Positions 1-13,282 of a DNA stretch of 64,000 bases are shown piece after piece. The DNA is taken from contig NC_043024.1 in the NCBI RefSeq assembly GCF_006345805.1, positions 12,772,001 to 12,836,000 of the forward strand, written 5' to 3'. Both the position numbers and the translations under genes were made by a program. Within the stretch, counting starts at the first letter, position 1, and each line of letters starts with the position of its first letter. The stretch is from Octopus sinensis. Lineage: Eukaryota. The notes under the pieces were generated by a model. It was given only the letters and a program-made list of their open reading frames with translations. It made no database searches and was not told where the DNA came from.

Positions 1-56
1 TGTGAGTATATATCGTTATATAGGTGTGTTTATATATATATACACATATATACATT

Positions 57-96
<40 letters not shown>

Positions 97-1088
97 CTCA
101 CACATAGACACACACAAGTACATATATATAACATTCTGAATACATTAACATGTATACATTAATGAGCTTCATAAATCTGCTGTATTCGTCTCCAGAAAAC
201 TTTTCTTACACGGGCACAGCGCTAAAAAGGACGTAAGTGTATCGGTAGCAGACGAAAATCGTCCGGCTTACGTATCAAGAAAGTGAGAGAGTGAGGTGGG
301 GGTAGGGGTGAGAGAGCAAAGACATGATATTGTTGATAGCAGTAGCAGAGGTAGAAAAATAAATGAATATTATTGTGGATGTGACTGTGAATATACATCG
401 ACACACACATATATATATATGCAGAGAGACACAGACAGACATAGTTATAACTTGAGAAGTCGGTGCTCACAAATACCGTCCGTAAAATAATTGTTAGGAG
501 ACGCATTGATATAAATTTCAGCCAACAGCCATTAAACCTACAAAATCTAAGTTAAAGACATTATTTGTTCAGATGAAAATTACTTTCACCGTAGTGTTTC
601 TTGATACAAAACACTCTCAAAGTTATTACCCGTATAAAAAAAGAATATATTTCAGAAACAATATCAACAGTTGGCGGCGAAATATTATGTTAGAATCCGC
701 TCTATACTTTAAATGTTCTTATGTTGCCAGGAAATTCTTAAAAGGTCATGAATAGTAATTTTAACGCAAGACGTAAATATGAGATATTTAATAAAAATTG
801 CTCCAACGCGCATTACACTTGTACAATAAACGTAGTCATATTTTGGTATTATCAGATAAATACAACTTTAAGCCCGAAAACGGAGTTCTTCGCTAATAGA
901 AACAAATCTGCTCTCCCTTACGGCATACTACTTTGTTTATCGATCAAACGGTACTCTGTAGATGACAATGGAGAAACGAATAGATATGTGACATCGATAA
1001 CGTTAAATATCCATCTCTCTACAATATTTACATGTATATAGATATGCATAGATACATCCATATGTATATATAAATAAGTATACACATT

Positions 1089-1120
<32 letters not shown>

Positions 1121-1268
1121 GAAATATATATATATAAATATATATGCAATCTATCTATCTTTCTTCCTATCCATCTATCTATTTTTCTATCTTCCTATCT
1201 ATCTCTCTCTCTCTATCTATCTATCAATCTTCCTGTCTATCTATCACCCTCTCTCTCTCTCTATCTTG

Positions 1269-1303
<35 letters not shown>

Positions 1304-1637
1304 TATCTATCTATCTATATGCCTATGCGAGTGTGCATGAGTGCATCTAGTAGTATCTGAGAGTGTATAGGATTAGGCCTTGCTATGGTAACTTTCCTAC
1401 CTCCACCATTAACACTCCCTTCTCACACCTTCACCCCCTACCATGACCAGATGCCTCTTAAAGTACATTCTCATATGTGAGTTAATAAGGCCAAGTGGCT
1501 CGCGTAATGATGACAGCTTAATAATACACCTTTACCTTAGACAAAGCATGAAAAGCCAGTTACTTTACCTACGTTCATTTCCTTTCACATTTAGAGATAT
1601 AAATACACACACACACACACACACACACATCAACATC

Positions 1638-1932
1638 TTTTACTCTTTTACTTGTTTCAGTCATTTGACTGCGGCCATGCAGTCGAGCCCGGGACTTATT
1701 CTATCGTTCTCTTTTGCCGAACCGCTAAGTGTTGTCAGGCAATGCTAGGGGGACAAACACAGACACACAAACATATACACACATACTTATATATATATAC
1801 ATATATACAACGGGCTTCTTTCAGTTTCCGTCTACCAAATCCACTCACAAGGCAAGATGCCACGCAGTGGGACTGAACCCGGAACCATGTGTTGGTTAGC
1901 AAGCTACTTACCACACAGCCACTCCTGCGCCT
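1638..1932 (-). mobile_element. tRNA-derived SINE family A (internal microsatellite), internally deleted copy
   Basis: Reverse complement of the family head ggcgcaggagtggctgtgtggtaagtagc...ggttcagtccc (Pol III A/B boxes) and tail gactgaaacaagtaaaagagtaaa; matches the copies at 42.3 and 50.0 kb. Confidence 0.9.
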
Positions 1933-1943
1933 ATACTATATAC

Positions 1944-2020
<77 letters not shown>

Positions 2021-2169
2021 AACAGGTGATATTTAGAGATGTTCAGTATAGAAAAAACTTTGTAGTGCTCAATTGTCTTGAATGTAAACTAGCTGCACGG
2101 GGTAAAGAAAAGCTACAAGAGAATTCCAGGTGAGTTGATATGGAGCAAGTTCGGTGAAGCGAGTTAGTC

Positions 2170-2775
2170 AATTAGACTGACCGCATTATTCAACTGCTAC
2201 TTATTTAATCGACCCCGAAAGAATAAAAAGCAAAGTCGACCTCAGCGGAGTTTGAACTCGGAGACGAAATGCCGGTAAACACTTTTGCTTGGCGTTGCTA
2301 ACGATTCTACGAGTTCACTGCACAATACACAAATATTTTGGTTTCAAATGCTGGAGCAAGGCCAGCAATTTCGTGGGAAGACATAAATCGATTACATCGA
2401 CCCCAGTGCGTAACTGGTACTTATTTAATCGACACCAAAAGAATGAAAGGCAAATTCGACCTCGGCGGAATTTGAACTCAGAACGTGAAAAGACTGACAA
2501 GATGCTACTAAACTGTTTTCCAAACATAGTAAACGATTCTTATTTCTTTATTGCCCACAAAGGGCTAAACATAGAGGGGACAAGCAAGGACAGAGAAAGG
2601 GATTAAGTCGATTACATCGACGCCAGTGCGCAACTGGTACTTATTTAATCGGCCCCGAAAGAATGAAAGACAAATTCGACCTCGGCGGAATTTGAACTCA
2701 GAACGCGAATAAGGCTGAAAAGATGCTACTAAAATGTTTTCCAAACATTGAAAACGATTCTGCCAACTCGCAGCT
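2170..2775 (-). mobile_element. Three adjacent SINE family B copies
   Basis: Each contains the revcomp of gagttcaaattccgccgaggtcga(c/a)tttg(c/t)(c/t)tttcat(c/t)ctttcggggtcgat...aagtaccag; the third has the young tail tagccctttgtgggcaataaagaaata. Confidence 0.85.
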
Positions 2776-3339
2776 CCATCTACAGATAGTTTGCAGTATA
2801 AATATATATGAGAGACAGAAGAGTAAACGAGAGAGAAAGAAGTGGTGGAGAGAACCGAGGAGAGAGCAAGTATCTCCAACCCTTATCAAAGACAAGATTA
2901 CAGAATTAATCTTTATTTCTGAAATTCTCTGCTGCTGCTGTGTAATACAATCTAAGAATATTGTCCAAATTTAGAATTCATTTAGCAATATATTAAGATT
3001 GTAGCATACTGTGATATCGAATGGAAGAATTATGCAGGTACCAACGCATATGTATACATAACATACATACATACAATTAAATGCAAGCCTTACATATATT
3101 TATATATTAAATCATACACTATCCGTGCACACAGAACCAATCTCCCTCTCTCTCCCTCTCTCTCCCTCACATACACATGCGTGCGCATGTGCACAAGTAT
3201 ACACAATGGCGAACATAGTCTCCAGTCACTATTTATTCACATTCCTCAATAGTATTTCAAATATGCGCGTCTACGTTCAGAAACGTATATACTGTTTGCA
3301 TATTTCTTACCTAAATTCTGTATCCACATATTCAGGTGT

Positions 3340-3356
3340 ATAAGCATATTTGCACT

Positions 3357-3424
<68 letters not shown>

Positions 3425-3739
3425 ATATAATATATGTGTGTATATATATATGTATATATATATGTATATTATATATGTATATATGCGCGACGTGCAAACA
3501 GTTTCTGCCTGCATATATTGGTGTGACCAGCACAATGAATGTATATGCATGAATGGACACATGGATCTCTGATTATTCGTGAGTGGGTGTGTGTATATAT
3601 GTGTATATATGCGAGTGTGTGTTTTTTTTCGCGTGGCGTTGCATAAATAATTATATGGGAAACTGAAGCCATGTATGAATGTTTGTGTGTGGAATGTGCG
3701 TATATGCACACAAACACATATATACATATATATACACAC

Positions 3740-3794
<55 letters not shown>

Positions 3795-3826
3795 CCACTA
3801 TATATATAATATACATACAGATATAT

Positions 3827-3857
<31 letters not shown>

Positions 3858-4015
3858 CATACATACATATATATATATAACTTTCTCTACGCACACACAT
3901 ATGTGCGTGTGTGTGTGTGTGTGTATATAGCTATCGCTATCTCTACCCATGCATGCGTGTGTGTATATGAATATGAATGTGTGTGTATATATATGTATGT
4001 ATATGTTTCTGTATG

Positions 4016-4048
<33 letters not shown>

Positions 4049-4195
4049 GTATATGTGAGTGTACACACATGTACACACGTGTATGTGTTTATGTCTGTGT
4101 GTGTGCGTGTATATATGTATATATATATATGCATATACACACAAACAGATAGAGATATATGAAGTGTGTGTGTGAGTGTGTGTGCATGGTTTGGT
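3340..4195. repeat. Compound (TA)n/(CA)n/(TG)n microsatellite field
   Basis: Direct inspection; source of the YIYI/VCVC ORFs. Confidence 0.95.
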
Positions 4196-4310
4196 GTGAG
4201 TGAGCGTGATCCTCTGTGTAACAACCTATGTAAACCAGTGAATTGGTCTGTAAAGGAACCAGTGCGCGCACGCTTGCCTATGTATATCGGCGTCTGTTTA
4301 AATATCTCAG

Positions 4311-4414
4311 TCGAAGAAGACAAACAGCAGTTGGTAATTCCCCTAAGATTAACCAATGCCGTAATAGATCGCATCAGTTTACAACGTCTTAAGGAATTGG
4401 ACGAGATCTGTCAG
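4311..4414 (+). CDS. Candidate internal coding exon of an unidentified gene: (V)EEDKQQLVIPLRLTNAVIDRISLQRLKELDEICQ
   Basis: Acceptor ctgtttaaatatctcag at 4310 and donor CAG|GTAAGC at 4415; only one frame open; amphipathic-helix-like composition in unique sequence. No homologue recognised. Confidence 0.4.
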
Positions 4415-4837
4415 GTAAGCTTAATTAAGTAGCAGCTCCCATGGGGTTTCGGCCTTCAAAAGGGAACACTGTCCGGAATTGGTCAAGTTGAAAGCATTTG
4501 ATTTATAGCGGTTAGCCCTTAACAGAGCTGCATATAGAAACACTCTTGTGCTTGCCACATACACAGACACATTGATATGCACACACACTCACACAGACAG
4601 ACACAGATAAGTGTGCGTTGAAAGCATATATGTATATACATAGATGTATATATACGTTCATATATATCTTTACATATAAACACCTACGTGTATATCTATA
4701 TCTGTCTGTCTATATGATATGATGATGTAATGCTATGAGAGATGTGATATGAAATATATGCTAATAATAATAATAATGGTTATTTCTAATACAGTTGTTG
4801 AGAATGAAATAATGTAAGGCAGTAAATTTCTAATTTC

Positions 4838-5350
4838 GGCACAAGGCCAGACAATTTGCAGAAGAGTTCTGTGCATTAAACAGGCCCAAGTAAATGACTG
4901 GTACTAAATTTTCAAATCTCAGAGGTATAAAAGGGAATGTTGAAGTCAGCGACATTCGAAATTAGGTGGTTAAAAAGCGAGCTTCTTAGCCACATAAACG
5001 CACCTGCGCCAATACATTATTTTGTCGAAGAGGGACGGCGTCGGCGGGATCTGAACTCAGGACATGAAAGTGATGGCACACGGGCAAACACCTTGAAATG
5101 AGAAAAACGAGGTCAAAGTAAAAACAGAGAAAAATTGGTCCCCACATCAAGTTTAATATTTATTATTAATGATGTCAAATGTTAGCACAAGGCCAACAAA
5201 TCGATTACATCGGCCCCCAGTGCGTAACTGGTACTTATTTTATCGACCGCAAGAAGATGAAAGGCAAAGTCGACCTCGGCGGAATTTGAAATCAAAGACG
5301 GACGAAATGCCGCAATTAATTTTGCCCGGCGCGGTAATGGTTCTTCCACT
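4838..5350 (-). mobile_element. Two degenerate SINE family B copies
   Basis: actggtact... and gaaaggcaaagtcgacctcggcggaatttgaa motifs. Confidence 0.7.
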
Positions 5351-5696
5351 TTGCCTCCCTACTTCCTTTTAAATAAGAATGAAGAACCAAATCCCCGCAT
5401 CAAGTTTCATAATGTAGCGCTCCATTAAAAAGTGAAACTTGATTCGTGTTGGGGGGGGGGGGTCTATATCTTTACTATTTTGATTTTCCATCTCGTTTTC
5501 TAAGTTGTTTATTTAACAACATTCGACGGGTTTTCTCATACGCCCCCACAAATAGCCGGGGAGAAATCTAGAACACGTGGTATCTGACACTTTAACGATT
5601 ATACCAATCCAACGCGTTTGAGAATAATAATAATAGTAATAATAATAACAACAACAACAACAACAACAATAATAATGATAATAATAATAATAATAA

Positions 5697-6105
5697 ATGC
5701 CCTGATGCAGTACCAGGCAGTGGCTCTCATGGCTTCTGATCTTAACTGATTGGAAGTGTTATCATGTACATTGTTTTGTCTTGGTATAAAAGATGGGCTA
5801 CAGCAAATATTCTGCTCAATACCACAGATTTGCTTGTCATTTGTTTGACCTTAACCAGTTGAGCATGTCCCTTAGTGGCAGACGCTATGTGCATCTCTGA
5901 TCACGAGCAGAAGTAGTGGAGGAGCATCATAGCCATGTGTTGAGAGGGATTCTTTGGGTTTTGAATAATTCACCTCTGGAAACATGGGTGGTTGTGATGC
6001 ATGTGCCTAGTGTACCCTTATCAGACGGGTAGTCATGATGGGTATATTGGGCTTCGTATATTTTACCCCAGTGTCACTTTGATGGCATGCACTGCTCTCT
6101 CACTC
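5697..6105 (+). mobile_element. (AAT)n-flanked interspersed repeat family C, copy 1 (internal deletion)
   Basis: atgccctgatgcagtaccaggcagtggctctc...cactgctctctcactc, homologous to 33211-33689 and 39435-39965; (AAT)n on both sides. Strand is not established. Confidence 0.85.
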
Positions 6106-6765
6106 AATAATAATAATAATTTTCCATTTAGTCACAAGGGCTATAAACTTGAAGGGGGAGCGTCTTCGTCGACGATGAAGCAATCATGGTGGATTCTATT
6201 ATGCGGTACAACATCCATTTTGGAAAACTGACCGATCAATTATTGAACCGGTATCGATTTATTTTGTCGATCAATGACCGTGAGAGACAAAGTCTAGTTC
6301 GGTGCTCACCTTTCATATAAAACTCACGAAGATAGAGAACATGTATTGTCGATACCAGAAATTGACTGGTGATAAAAGAAGCTATGTAAATATTTTTGTC
6401 CAGATTCACATTGGCAGAAGACAAGGTAATAGAACTGTAAACTGAAGCAGCGATGTCGTTTCGTTCCCAAGCTAAATATATTCCATAACATTTTTTTTTT
6501 ATTCACTATTCTGCAAGTCATCAACATCAAACGGCTCCATTTACCTTCTCTGAATATATTGAAGAACTTTGTGTCTGCTAGAGAAAGCAATAATTCAAGA
6601 TAAAAACGAAACAGCTTCGTGGATAACAAACGAACCGAAAACAGTACGTATACACATAAATCAATCTCTTTCCCTCTTTCTTCACCACTCTCTTTTTTTT
6701 TCTCTCTCTCTCTTTCTGTATACATACGTGTGCATACAAATATTGCACGAATAAACGTGTGTTTG

Positions 6766-6809
<44 letters not shown>

Positions 6810-7329
6810 TTTATGTATGTGTGGGTGTATAATATAATAAGATAAAAAAGGGAACGAGAAAATTATGTCATGACGTCCATTCGCTTACGGCTGTTTCTGC
6901 AGTATGATGCAATGCACGCATTTTTTCCGCTGTATGATGTAATGTACTCAAAATCAAATGTCTGTGCAGCGTCAGAACTTTGTTATTCGATCCGTCTTCT
7001 TTAGTTTATAATTGAAGTATATACATTCAAGTGTTTACTTACACACTTATGCAAACACACACACCATGAAAAAGATCAAATGTCCTTTCCGAGCCATAAT
7101 TTCATAAGACTAGTCATATATGGCGCACCATGGCCCACTCTAGCAAAGAGTTATTATTGTTGGAGACATATCCGGGTGTAGGAGGTTGGGGCCGGGATTT
7201 TTGGAAGAAATTTGTTTGTGAACATTTGAATTTTATGGGATCCGGTTCCGTTTTGGCGTATTTTGGAATCGTATTAAAGAGAGCTGGGCCTGTTATGTTG
7301 TTTTATATATATATATATATAATATATAT

Positions 7330-7431
7330 ATATCGGTGTAAACATATAATTCTAGCAAAAACTGTCCAATGAACGGCAACGGGAAACTCAGAGTAACAGG
7401 TTTTGTTGAATTTTCTGCTGCTTTAAATAAA

Positions 7432-7440
<9 letters not shown>
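7330..7440 (+). mobile_element. Penelope-like terminal-repeat remnant with decayed hammerhead-like motif (7362-7399)
   Basis: ctgt|ccaatga|a|cggcaacgg|gaa|actcagagt|a|acag: helix I (ctgt/acag) and helix III are intact, but the core and helix II are mutated. Confidence 0.4.
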
Positions 7441-7469
<29 letters not shown>

Positions 7470-7700
7470 TATATATATATAGGGAGAGTTTACGAAAAAA
7501 CAACAAAGACGAAGACAGGTATATATCTGAGCGTTGGGTTACACCCACACTTACAAGCTGTGCATACATTTATGTATGCACATATGTCTCCAATCAGCAG
7601 CAACTACAACAGCAACAATAATGATAATACTAAGAAACATAGTAATAAAATTAATGAAATTGTTACCTATTCTTAACAACGAAATCATTATATATATATA

Positions 7701-7909
7701 CTCTTTTACTCTTTTACTTGTTTCAGTCATTTGACTGCGGCCATGCTGGAGCACCGCCTTTAGTCGAGCAAATCGACCCCGGGAATTATTCTTTGTAAGC
7801 CCAGTACTTATTCTATCGGTCTCTTTTGCCGAACCGCTAAGTGACGGGGACGTAATCACACCAGCATCGGTTGTCAAGCAATGCTAGGGGGACAAACACA
7901 GACACACAA

Positions 7910-7946
<37 letters not shown>

Positions 7947-8089
7947 CGACAGGCTCCTTTCAGTTTTCGTCTACCAAATCCACTCACCAGGCATTGATCG
8001 GCCTGGGGCTATAGCAGAAGACACTTGCCCAAGATGCCACGCTGTGGGACTGAACCCACACAGCTACTTACCACACAGCCACTCCTGCG

Positions 8090-8092
<3 letters not shown>
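7701..8092 (-). mobile_element. SINE family A, near full length
   Basis: Head, internal (CA)n(TA)n and tail all match the family. Confidence 0.92.
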
Positions 8093-8123
<31 letters not shown>

Positions 8124-8401
8124 GAAAAGAATATTACAAACATTGCTGTTGTTGTTATCTTTATGTGTCGCAGTGGAAATAGCAGTAGTAGTAGTAGTAT
8201 TTTTCTTACAATAGAAAAAAAAAAGCTGTCGTGAAACTGTTGACGTTGAAATTGTGTGATGTCTGTTTCGTTCATTAGATGTGATTCTGTTATTTTCGAT
8301 AACTGTAGACACATCACCTACCGTTGACTTTACAGAGTAAAGAAACAGACACGTCACGAAGCATCTCGTAAATGTCCACCATAGGATATACACAGATTAT
8401 A

Positions 8402-8447
<46 letters not shown>

Positions 8448-8614
8448 TAGATACACACGCTCTCATATACGTGCGTAAGTGTACAGGCAAATACATATGA
8501 TAGACATAAATGTACGCAAATGATATATATATATATATATATATCATACGTTTGTACACAGTTATTTATACATATACTGTATACACACACACACACACAC
8601 ACACACACAGATAT

Positions 8615-8662
<48 letters not shown>

Positions 8663-8664
8663 AT

Positions 8665-8815
8665 AACAAAAGACCACGACAGGTGTTGTAGACAACAAAC
8701 AGATGTATTAGTGTAACGCACGGGAAGTGAAAACGTCTTTAACGTTTCGAGCCCGCGCTCTTCCACAGAAAGGAACACAGAAAGAAACAAGGAGAGAAAA
8801 TAAAGAGGTGTACTC
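8665..8815 (-). mobile_element. Penelope-like terminal-repeat fragment (family P-a) with hammerhead-like motif at 8737-8772
   Basis: Homologous to 59348-59525 and partly to 7480-7520; the minus strand reads cttt CTGTGGA A GAGC gcgg GCTC GAAA CGT T aaag. Confidence 0.65.
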
Positions 8816-8869
8816 ATAGCTATATACTCATATATTTATACAGATATATATATATATGGTCGTATTTTG

Positions 8870-9215
8870 AAATACGACCATCAGGGCACTCCCAGATTCT
8901 CCCACCCCCCTTTCCTCACCAGCCTTCCCTCTACTACCCTACCAAGAACTCACAACTACCTCGAACACACAAGTGCAAACAAGGGAGTCAGAGAAAGGCA
9001 GAATGCCACTTAAATCTGAACACTACTATAGAAATATTCTTTTAAAAAAACTTTTCTTCTAATTTTTCTAAATTTAATTATTTAATCGTTACAGTTGAAA
9101 AGGTCTCAAAATGACCGAAACCGGTACTGAAATGTTCACTATAAAATTATTTTAGCATTTTCTATTTTTTACTTGTTTTTTCATATATATCAACTCGTGT
9201 GTTCCTTTTCACCCT
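8870..9215 (+). mobile_element. Penelope-like terminal-repeat fragment with U3-A8 hammerhead motif at 9092-9129
   Basis: cag TTGAAAA GGTC tcaaaat GACC GAAA CCGGT A ctg; AT-rich terminal-repeat-like context. Confidence 0.6.
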
Positions 9216-9544
9216 TATACATATATATATATATTTACTTATTTGTGTGTGTGTGTGTGTGCAAGTATACTTGTATTTCTATATCTTATGATTTACATTT
9301 ACGAATATATTTGAAGCCGAGTATAAATGAAAAGTCATGAACGGAATAATTCTATTCGATTATCCGGCTGATCCGAACTGAAGTAATTTCAATTCCACGT
9401 AAATGCAATTCAACCAGATCTACATAAGAAACCGAAGTTATGATAAACAGTATCTACAAATTAGAAGGTCAAGAAGCTGATAAGCTATTAGTACTTTTCA
9501 TGTGTTGTATCTGGGATTGACGGACAACACTTTTATAGTACATT

Positions 9545-9736
9545 GTTTGAGCGTCAGACAAAAGTTCGCAGATTATGTTTCAATACAGTGCACTATGTTC
9601 AATCTGCGAACATTTTGTCTGACGCTCAAACGTTACATTCAGTCCGTTTCCTGTTTGCATCCAAAGGCACAAAGTTCATAAGCAGAACCTTTTGTATTGC
9701 CAAAGTTCATAAGCAGATTGGCAATACAAAAGGTTC
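9545..9736. other. Two adjacent stem-loops (30-bp stem with one bulge; perfect 19-bp stem)
   Basis: 9545-9574 pairs with 9601-9631; 9685-9703 pairs with 9718-9736. Confidence 0.9.
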
Positions 9737-12119
9737 GTCATACACTCTTTCTTTCTAGAACAAAAGCTGCTGGCCCCAGAGCCGTTGAATGCGCCCCCTA
9801 TGTGTTTCTTTGAATCTATAGACATGGTAGTTATACTCCCTCAAATCACTCACTATAGTCTGAATAAAAGGGTACATATTACAATGCGGTTCTTAGCTCC
9901 TTACATGCAGAGAATATGGGACAACCACATCTGATCAAGGGTCGGTTCGATCAGAAATTATCTGGGACTAAACAGCCACAACAACACTATCAGCAGCAGC
10001 AGTAACAATGGGATATCGCCCAGGGTTGACCCTACGACACGTCACCTTGGATCAGTGTATTCTACTCCGGGGGTCGGTGATGCATGGCTTTAGAATGAAA
10101 GTCCATAGACGGAATATGTGTGAACGGATGACCGTTAGGCTGTAGATTTTATTGGGTGGGGATCTTTATCTCCCCTCATCTACCAATAGATCTCTGGTTG
10201 TCTCTTTATTAGAGTCACTCTCATGTCATCATTTGGTCCAGTTTCTGGTCTGAGAACGATTAAAGGTCAAATGAGCTAAGGGAAATGACTCAAATAGACC
10301 CATTTTAGAAATTTAAATCAATTAACGTATGATTTAGTGAATGCTGAACTTGCAAAAAATTTCTAATTCCTCTGCTTTTTTTTATACTCTTTCTTTTTCG
10401 GAAATAAAACCAATTCTAAGTAGCATCTGTTAACAACTTTAAAGAAAAGAGAAAACACTTTTAAGAACAATTAAGAATTAATTTCTTGGGAGGTAGAACC
10501 TAATTTTTGGTTGGAGGAAACTAAGGAACTGTTTCGGTCTATTGCTCATCAGATATTAAAGATAACTCGTTCTCTTGATATGCACATCTTGATCATTAAT
10601 TGTAAGTACTTTTGCTTTATTTTTCTCTCGCTTTAGCATCCCCTGCGTAGGCGTTATCCTCATCACGTGAATAAGCCATAAAAACTGTATATATTATATC
10701 TACGATTGTATCAAATTTATCCAATTTGGTCTTTTTTTTTTTTTAAAGCGGCTGTAATTTAAGTCTCGTCAGCTGTCTGTTGCAGTGAATAGTTTAAATT
10801 AATTAGTCATTATGAATCTGATTGCACTTAGATATCTTTCGTTATACTGATGGCTTAAAAAAGTTGAACAAAATACCAAAACACAGCAAAGTATAATGTT
10901 GTGGAGTCTGTTCATTGTTAACATGATGTAGTTTGACGAAAGCTTTGACTAAATTTACCCTCGTAACGAGGAAAAAAAAGGAAAAAGATAAACATTATTT
11001 GAAAAGATCGATTCTACCCAAGGAAAACAGGGGAGGTTGCCGCAGAATTTAAATTACGTAAAATTACTTAAAAATAGAAAACAGGTAGATTTGATATAGA
11101 TTTGGCTGCTAATACTAGCAAGTCAAACGATCGCGTAGAGACAGACGCGTTCGTTTGAGCTCTTTAGCTGTAATTAAGGAAGTGTTTTAATTAAAAAGAT
11201 GTGAAGGTAAAACCAAACAAACAAAAGCGCTATTACATCGATTTTTCTTGTGCTTTGTGATATAAAAGAAAACGATTTTATATCTTCAAATATGAACTGC
11301 ACTAACCAAATTTTTGTGGCGAAAGACGAAGAATCAATGGAACGGTGCTGCATAAAATGGTTGCAAGAATTCCATTTTATTAGAGAATAAACCATCGTCC
11401 GTTATGTGTAATAAATGAAGATATATGTTCATTTATTGCCCAACAGAAATCTAAACAACAACTCACCAAGCTAACGTCTTCTTTTTAAACAATAAGTCAA
11501 TATATTCGATAATAAAAATCTTAATATTTCATAATTTATTGTGGAGAACATAAAAAGAAAATTTATTGATTCAAATATTTCCATTTTTATTAAATTTTAT
11601 TTCCTATACATCTTGTCAAACTTCCTTTTATACTTTTATCTTCCTTTTCACAAGAGAATCCTAACAAAACCGTCTTAGATTTCTTATAACCAACGACTTG
11701 ATTCTTCTCAGTATTAATTTTGCCGTCGTCAATAATAATAATAATAATATTAAAAAACAACATTTGTGGACTGTTGTAATAACGTTTAATTGCGGGACAC
11801 TAATCGAATTCATCAAAATATATATTTGATGGAGACAGTGTTGGTTATGTGTTTATTTCGCATATATGTTGTTGTGTGTTCGGTCCCATCGCGTGGCACC
11901 ACTTTGAGCCAGTGTCTTTTACCGTAAGATCTGATCAGACAAAGTCTGATGAATATCTATATGAAACTATCTTTAAGGCAAAATTATGCATCAAAAGATA
12001 ATCAGACTAATTTGGAAAGAAGCTCAATACATTTGCGTTAAGACACATTTTCAGCTTAAATGGCAAATGTTGACGTCTTCGGAGTTACGCGGATGTTTGA
12101 GTTCATCAGTATAAAGTTA

Positions 12120-12161
12120 TATCTATCTGTCTATCTATCTATCTGCTTGTCTGTCTGTCTA

Positions 12162-12196
<35 letters not shown>

Positions 12197-12628
12197 ATCT
12201 ATCTGTCTATATCTATCTATCTATCTATATCTATATCTATCTGTCTATATCTATCTATCTATCTATCTATATCTATCTATCTATCTATCTATCTATCTGT
12301 CTGTCTATATCTATCTATCTATCTATCTATCTGTCTGTCTATATCTATCTGTCTGTCTATATCTATCTGTCTGTCTATATCTGTCTGTCTATATCTATCT
12401 ATCTATATCTATATCTATCTATCTATCTATCTATCTGTCTATATCTATCTATCTATATCTATCTATCTATCTGTCTATCTGTCTATCTATATGTCTATCT
12501 GTCTATATCTATCTATCTATCTATCTATCTATCTGTCTATCTATCTGTCTATATCAATCTATGTATCTATCTATATATATCTGCCTATCTTTTTATATAC
12601 ACATACACATACATACATACATAGACAC

Positions 12629-12665
<37 letters not shown>
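12120..12665. repeat. (TATC)n/(TGTC)n tetranucleotide array followed by (TA)n
   Basis: Direct inspection; source of the 202-aa YLSI ORF. Confidence 0.95.
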
Positions 12666-12666
<1 letters not shown>

Positions 12667-13229
12667 GAAACCACATACACATACTTATGAGACCAAGCTT
12701 TCTTGTGGGATAATACACTCTAACGAAGTTCACGAGTGGGCTACATAATTCTCAATAAATAAGTAAGAAAATTTACAACAACGACAATATGTCTGCCTGC
12801 CAAATATGCTACAGACACAAACATGTTTAACGTAAACCATACAATCCAAACAGATTCGTAAACAGCTAATTACAAGCCAGACTGGAGATTTTTTTGTAGA
12901 CACCTACTCAGGGCATTTAATCAAGAGTGCCTTTAGGGCAGAAGGAAAACATGCAACGTTAGCAGCAATCATCAGGATAGATATAAATAGCATTGATATA
13001 ACACGAACTTCTGACGATAGGGGGCGATATGTCATGGCAAAGGGTGATGGACGAGAATGAGTCATGTATATATACAAACATATATACATACATACGTATG
13101 TATGTATGTATGTATGTATGTTTGTGTACCTGTGTATATACACAATACACACACACATATATACCTATATATAAGTATTTATATTTATGTATATAAATGC
13201 GTGTATATATATATGTGTATATATATATA

Positions 13230-13282
<53 letters not shown>

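Noticed and set aside
196-232. 37-nt candidate exon (ctccag / GTAAGT)
   Set aside because: The only phase compatible with the 4311 exon contains a stop; peptides unrecognisable. Could still be a UTR exon.
2066-2129. Candidate exon LNCLECKLAARGKEKLQENS with CAG|GTGAGT donor
   Set aside because: Weak acceptor, phase-incompatible with 4311, and resembles repeat sequence near 14810-14830.
5697-5720. Similarity of the family C left end to U2 snRNA stem-loop IV
   Set aside because: Short gapped match only; the rest of U2 is absent.
12900-13050. Plus-strand peptide SDDRGRYVMAKGD resembling the start of a SMYD/SET domain
   Set aside because: Runs into a stop with no credible donor; similarity is limited to about 8 residues.
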